Of a stretch of 64,000 bases of DNA, positions 63,105-64,000 are shown piece after piece. Both the position numbers and the translations under genes were made by a program. Position 1 is the stretch's first letter. Every line of letters begins with the position of its first letter. A model generated the notes under the pieces. It was given only the letters and a program-made list of their open reading frames with translations, was not told the origin of the DNA and did not search any database. Source of the stretch: Saccostrea echinata (lineage: Eukaryota). The DNA lies in NCBI RefSeq assembly GCF_033153115.1, contig NW_026889801.1, forward strand, positions 3,844,001 through 3,908,000. The letters are read 5' to 3'.

Positions 63105-63435
63105 CATCATTTTGATACCAGAATTCCCATCCGCCATCAAAACGACTCCTGTCAACCAGTCTTTCATTCAGATGACACTTCATTAGTTTACAGGAAAAGA
63201 GATTCTCATTGTACAATAGTGCTCTACATAGAGAATGTTGCATTGTACATCGTAAAACGCACCAAGACCGACTGATATTTTCAAAAGTGGCAAAGTAATA
63301 AAGTGTATGTACTGGAAGAACGTTATCAAACGATAAATCTCTTGTCATTGTCCTTTCAAACAAATTGACAAGGGAAAATTCAATTGATGAAACACTCAAG
63401 AAAAAGATAAAAACCATATCAGCTTTCCGCATCAT
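63105..63435 (-). CDS. PAN/C-type lectin gene, exon 1 (signal peptide + PAN/Apple-like domain)
   Basis: MMRKADMVFIFFLSVSSIEFS..SRSWCVLRCTMQHSLCRALLYNENLFSCKL..GWEFW, matching the PAN pattern C-x3-C..C..Y..C.L. Donor g|gtatgt, phase 1. Confidence 0.75.
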
Positions 63436-64000
63436 TATTCATGAATTTCACAAAAAACTTTCCGTTATATATAAAAGCAAACACAGAGTTTTCAAGACAG
63501 TTATTTTTTTTTTGTGTGTCAACTGCTAACAATTGGAAGGTTAGCACTGAGGTATATTCTGAAGTATCTTTTTTTCAAAATAATAATCTGTACAACGATA
63601 GGCAGCCAAAATGACTCAAAATAATCTTTCAAGACCTGGATTAATACTGTGGTTTAAGATTTTGGATTTTGTTATATTCTTTGATTCAAATTCATAGAAA
63701 CAGTACCTTTAGATATTCAAATGCTGATTAAATTACCAAATCAAAACTGTTCGAACTCTCTTTTGTGAGTGATCGCAGATTAGCTTTTCGCATTCAGATA
63801 ATATGGTTTAATTTCAATGTCCATCTATTTCTTCATACGAAGAGAAGTAATCAATATTTATTACTTTGTTATCCAAAGATTTTTTTCACATTTTTATGCG
63901 TTTTTTGATAATTAGAAAAATAAAATGATAGAACTATATATTCAATAATGAATTGGAAGTGGACTATCGTGAATATTTTGATTTTGTTTCATTGGTATTC

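Overview
This is AT-rich eukaryotic genomic DNA with five N gaps. The repeat families suggest a bivalve, probably an oyster (inference). Most entries in the ORF track are spurious; the real host genes are spliced and were rebuilt by hand from GT-AG exons. Host content: (i) a + strand tandem array of small signal peptide / Cys-rich / EGF / (stalk) / TM receptor genes resembling minimal MEGF10/ced-1 proteins, with one complete 4-exon copy (17856-23499), one 5'-intact copy (4580-7225), two pseudogenes and an orphan TM exon; (ii) a - strand signal peptide / PAN-Apple / C-type lectin gene with a QPD motif (63435-56592). Mobile content: a young, intact Ty3/Gypsy LTR element with a chromo-like domain and non-TG..CA ends (about 34927-44749); two degenerate tyrosine-recombinase (DIRS/Ngaro-like) retroelements that carry an SGNH esterase in opposite positions, each with splice signals; tRNA-derived SINEs with TSDs; Helentron-type HINEs; ~1 kb TIR elements sharing a core motif but with two terminus types; Penelope-like and Tc1 remnants. 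The strongest candidate for an undescribed system is splice-controlled SGNH esterase expression in the YR retroelements. The diversifying mini-EGF receptor array comes second. All alignments and translations were done by eye and no database search was run.
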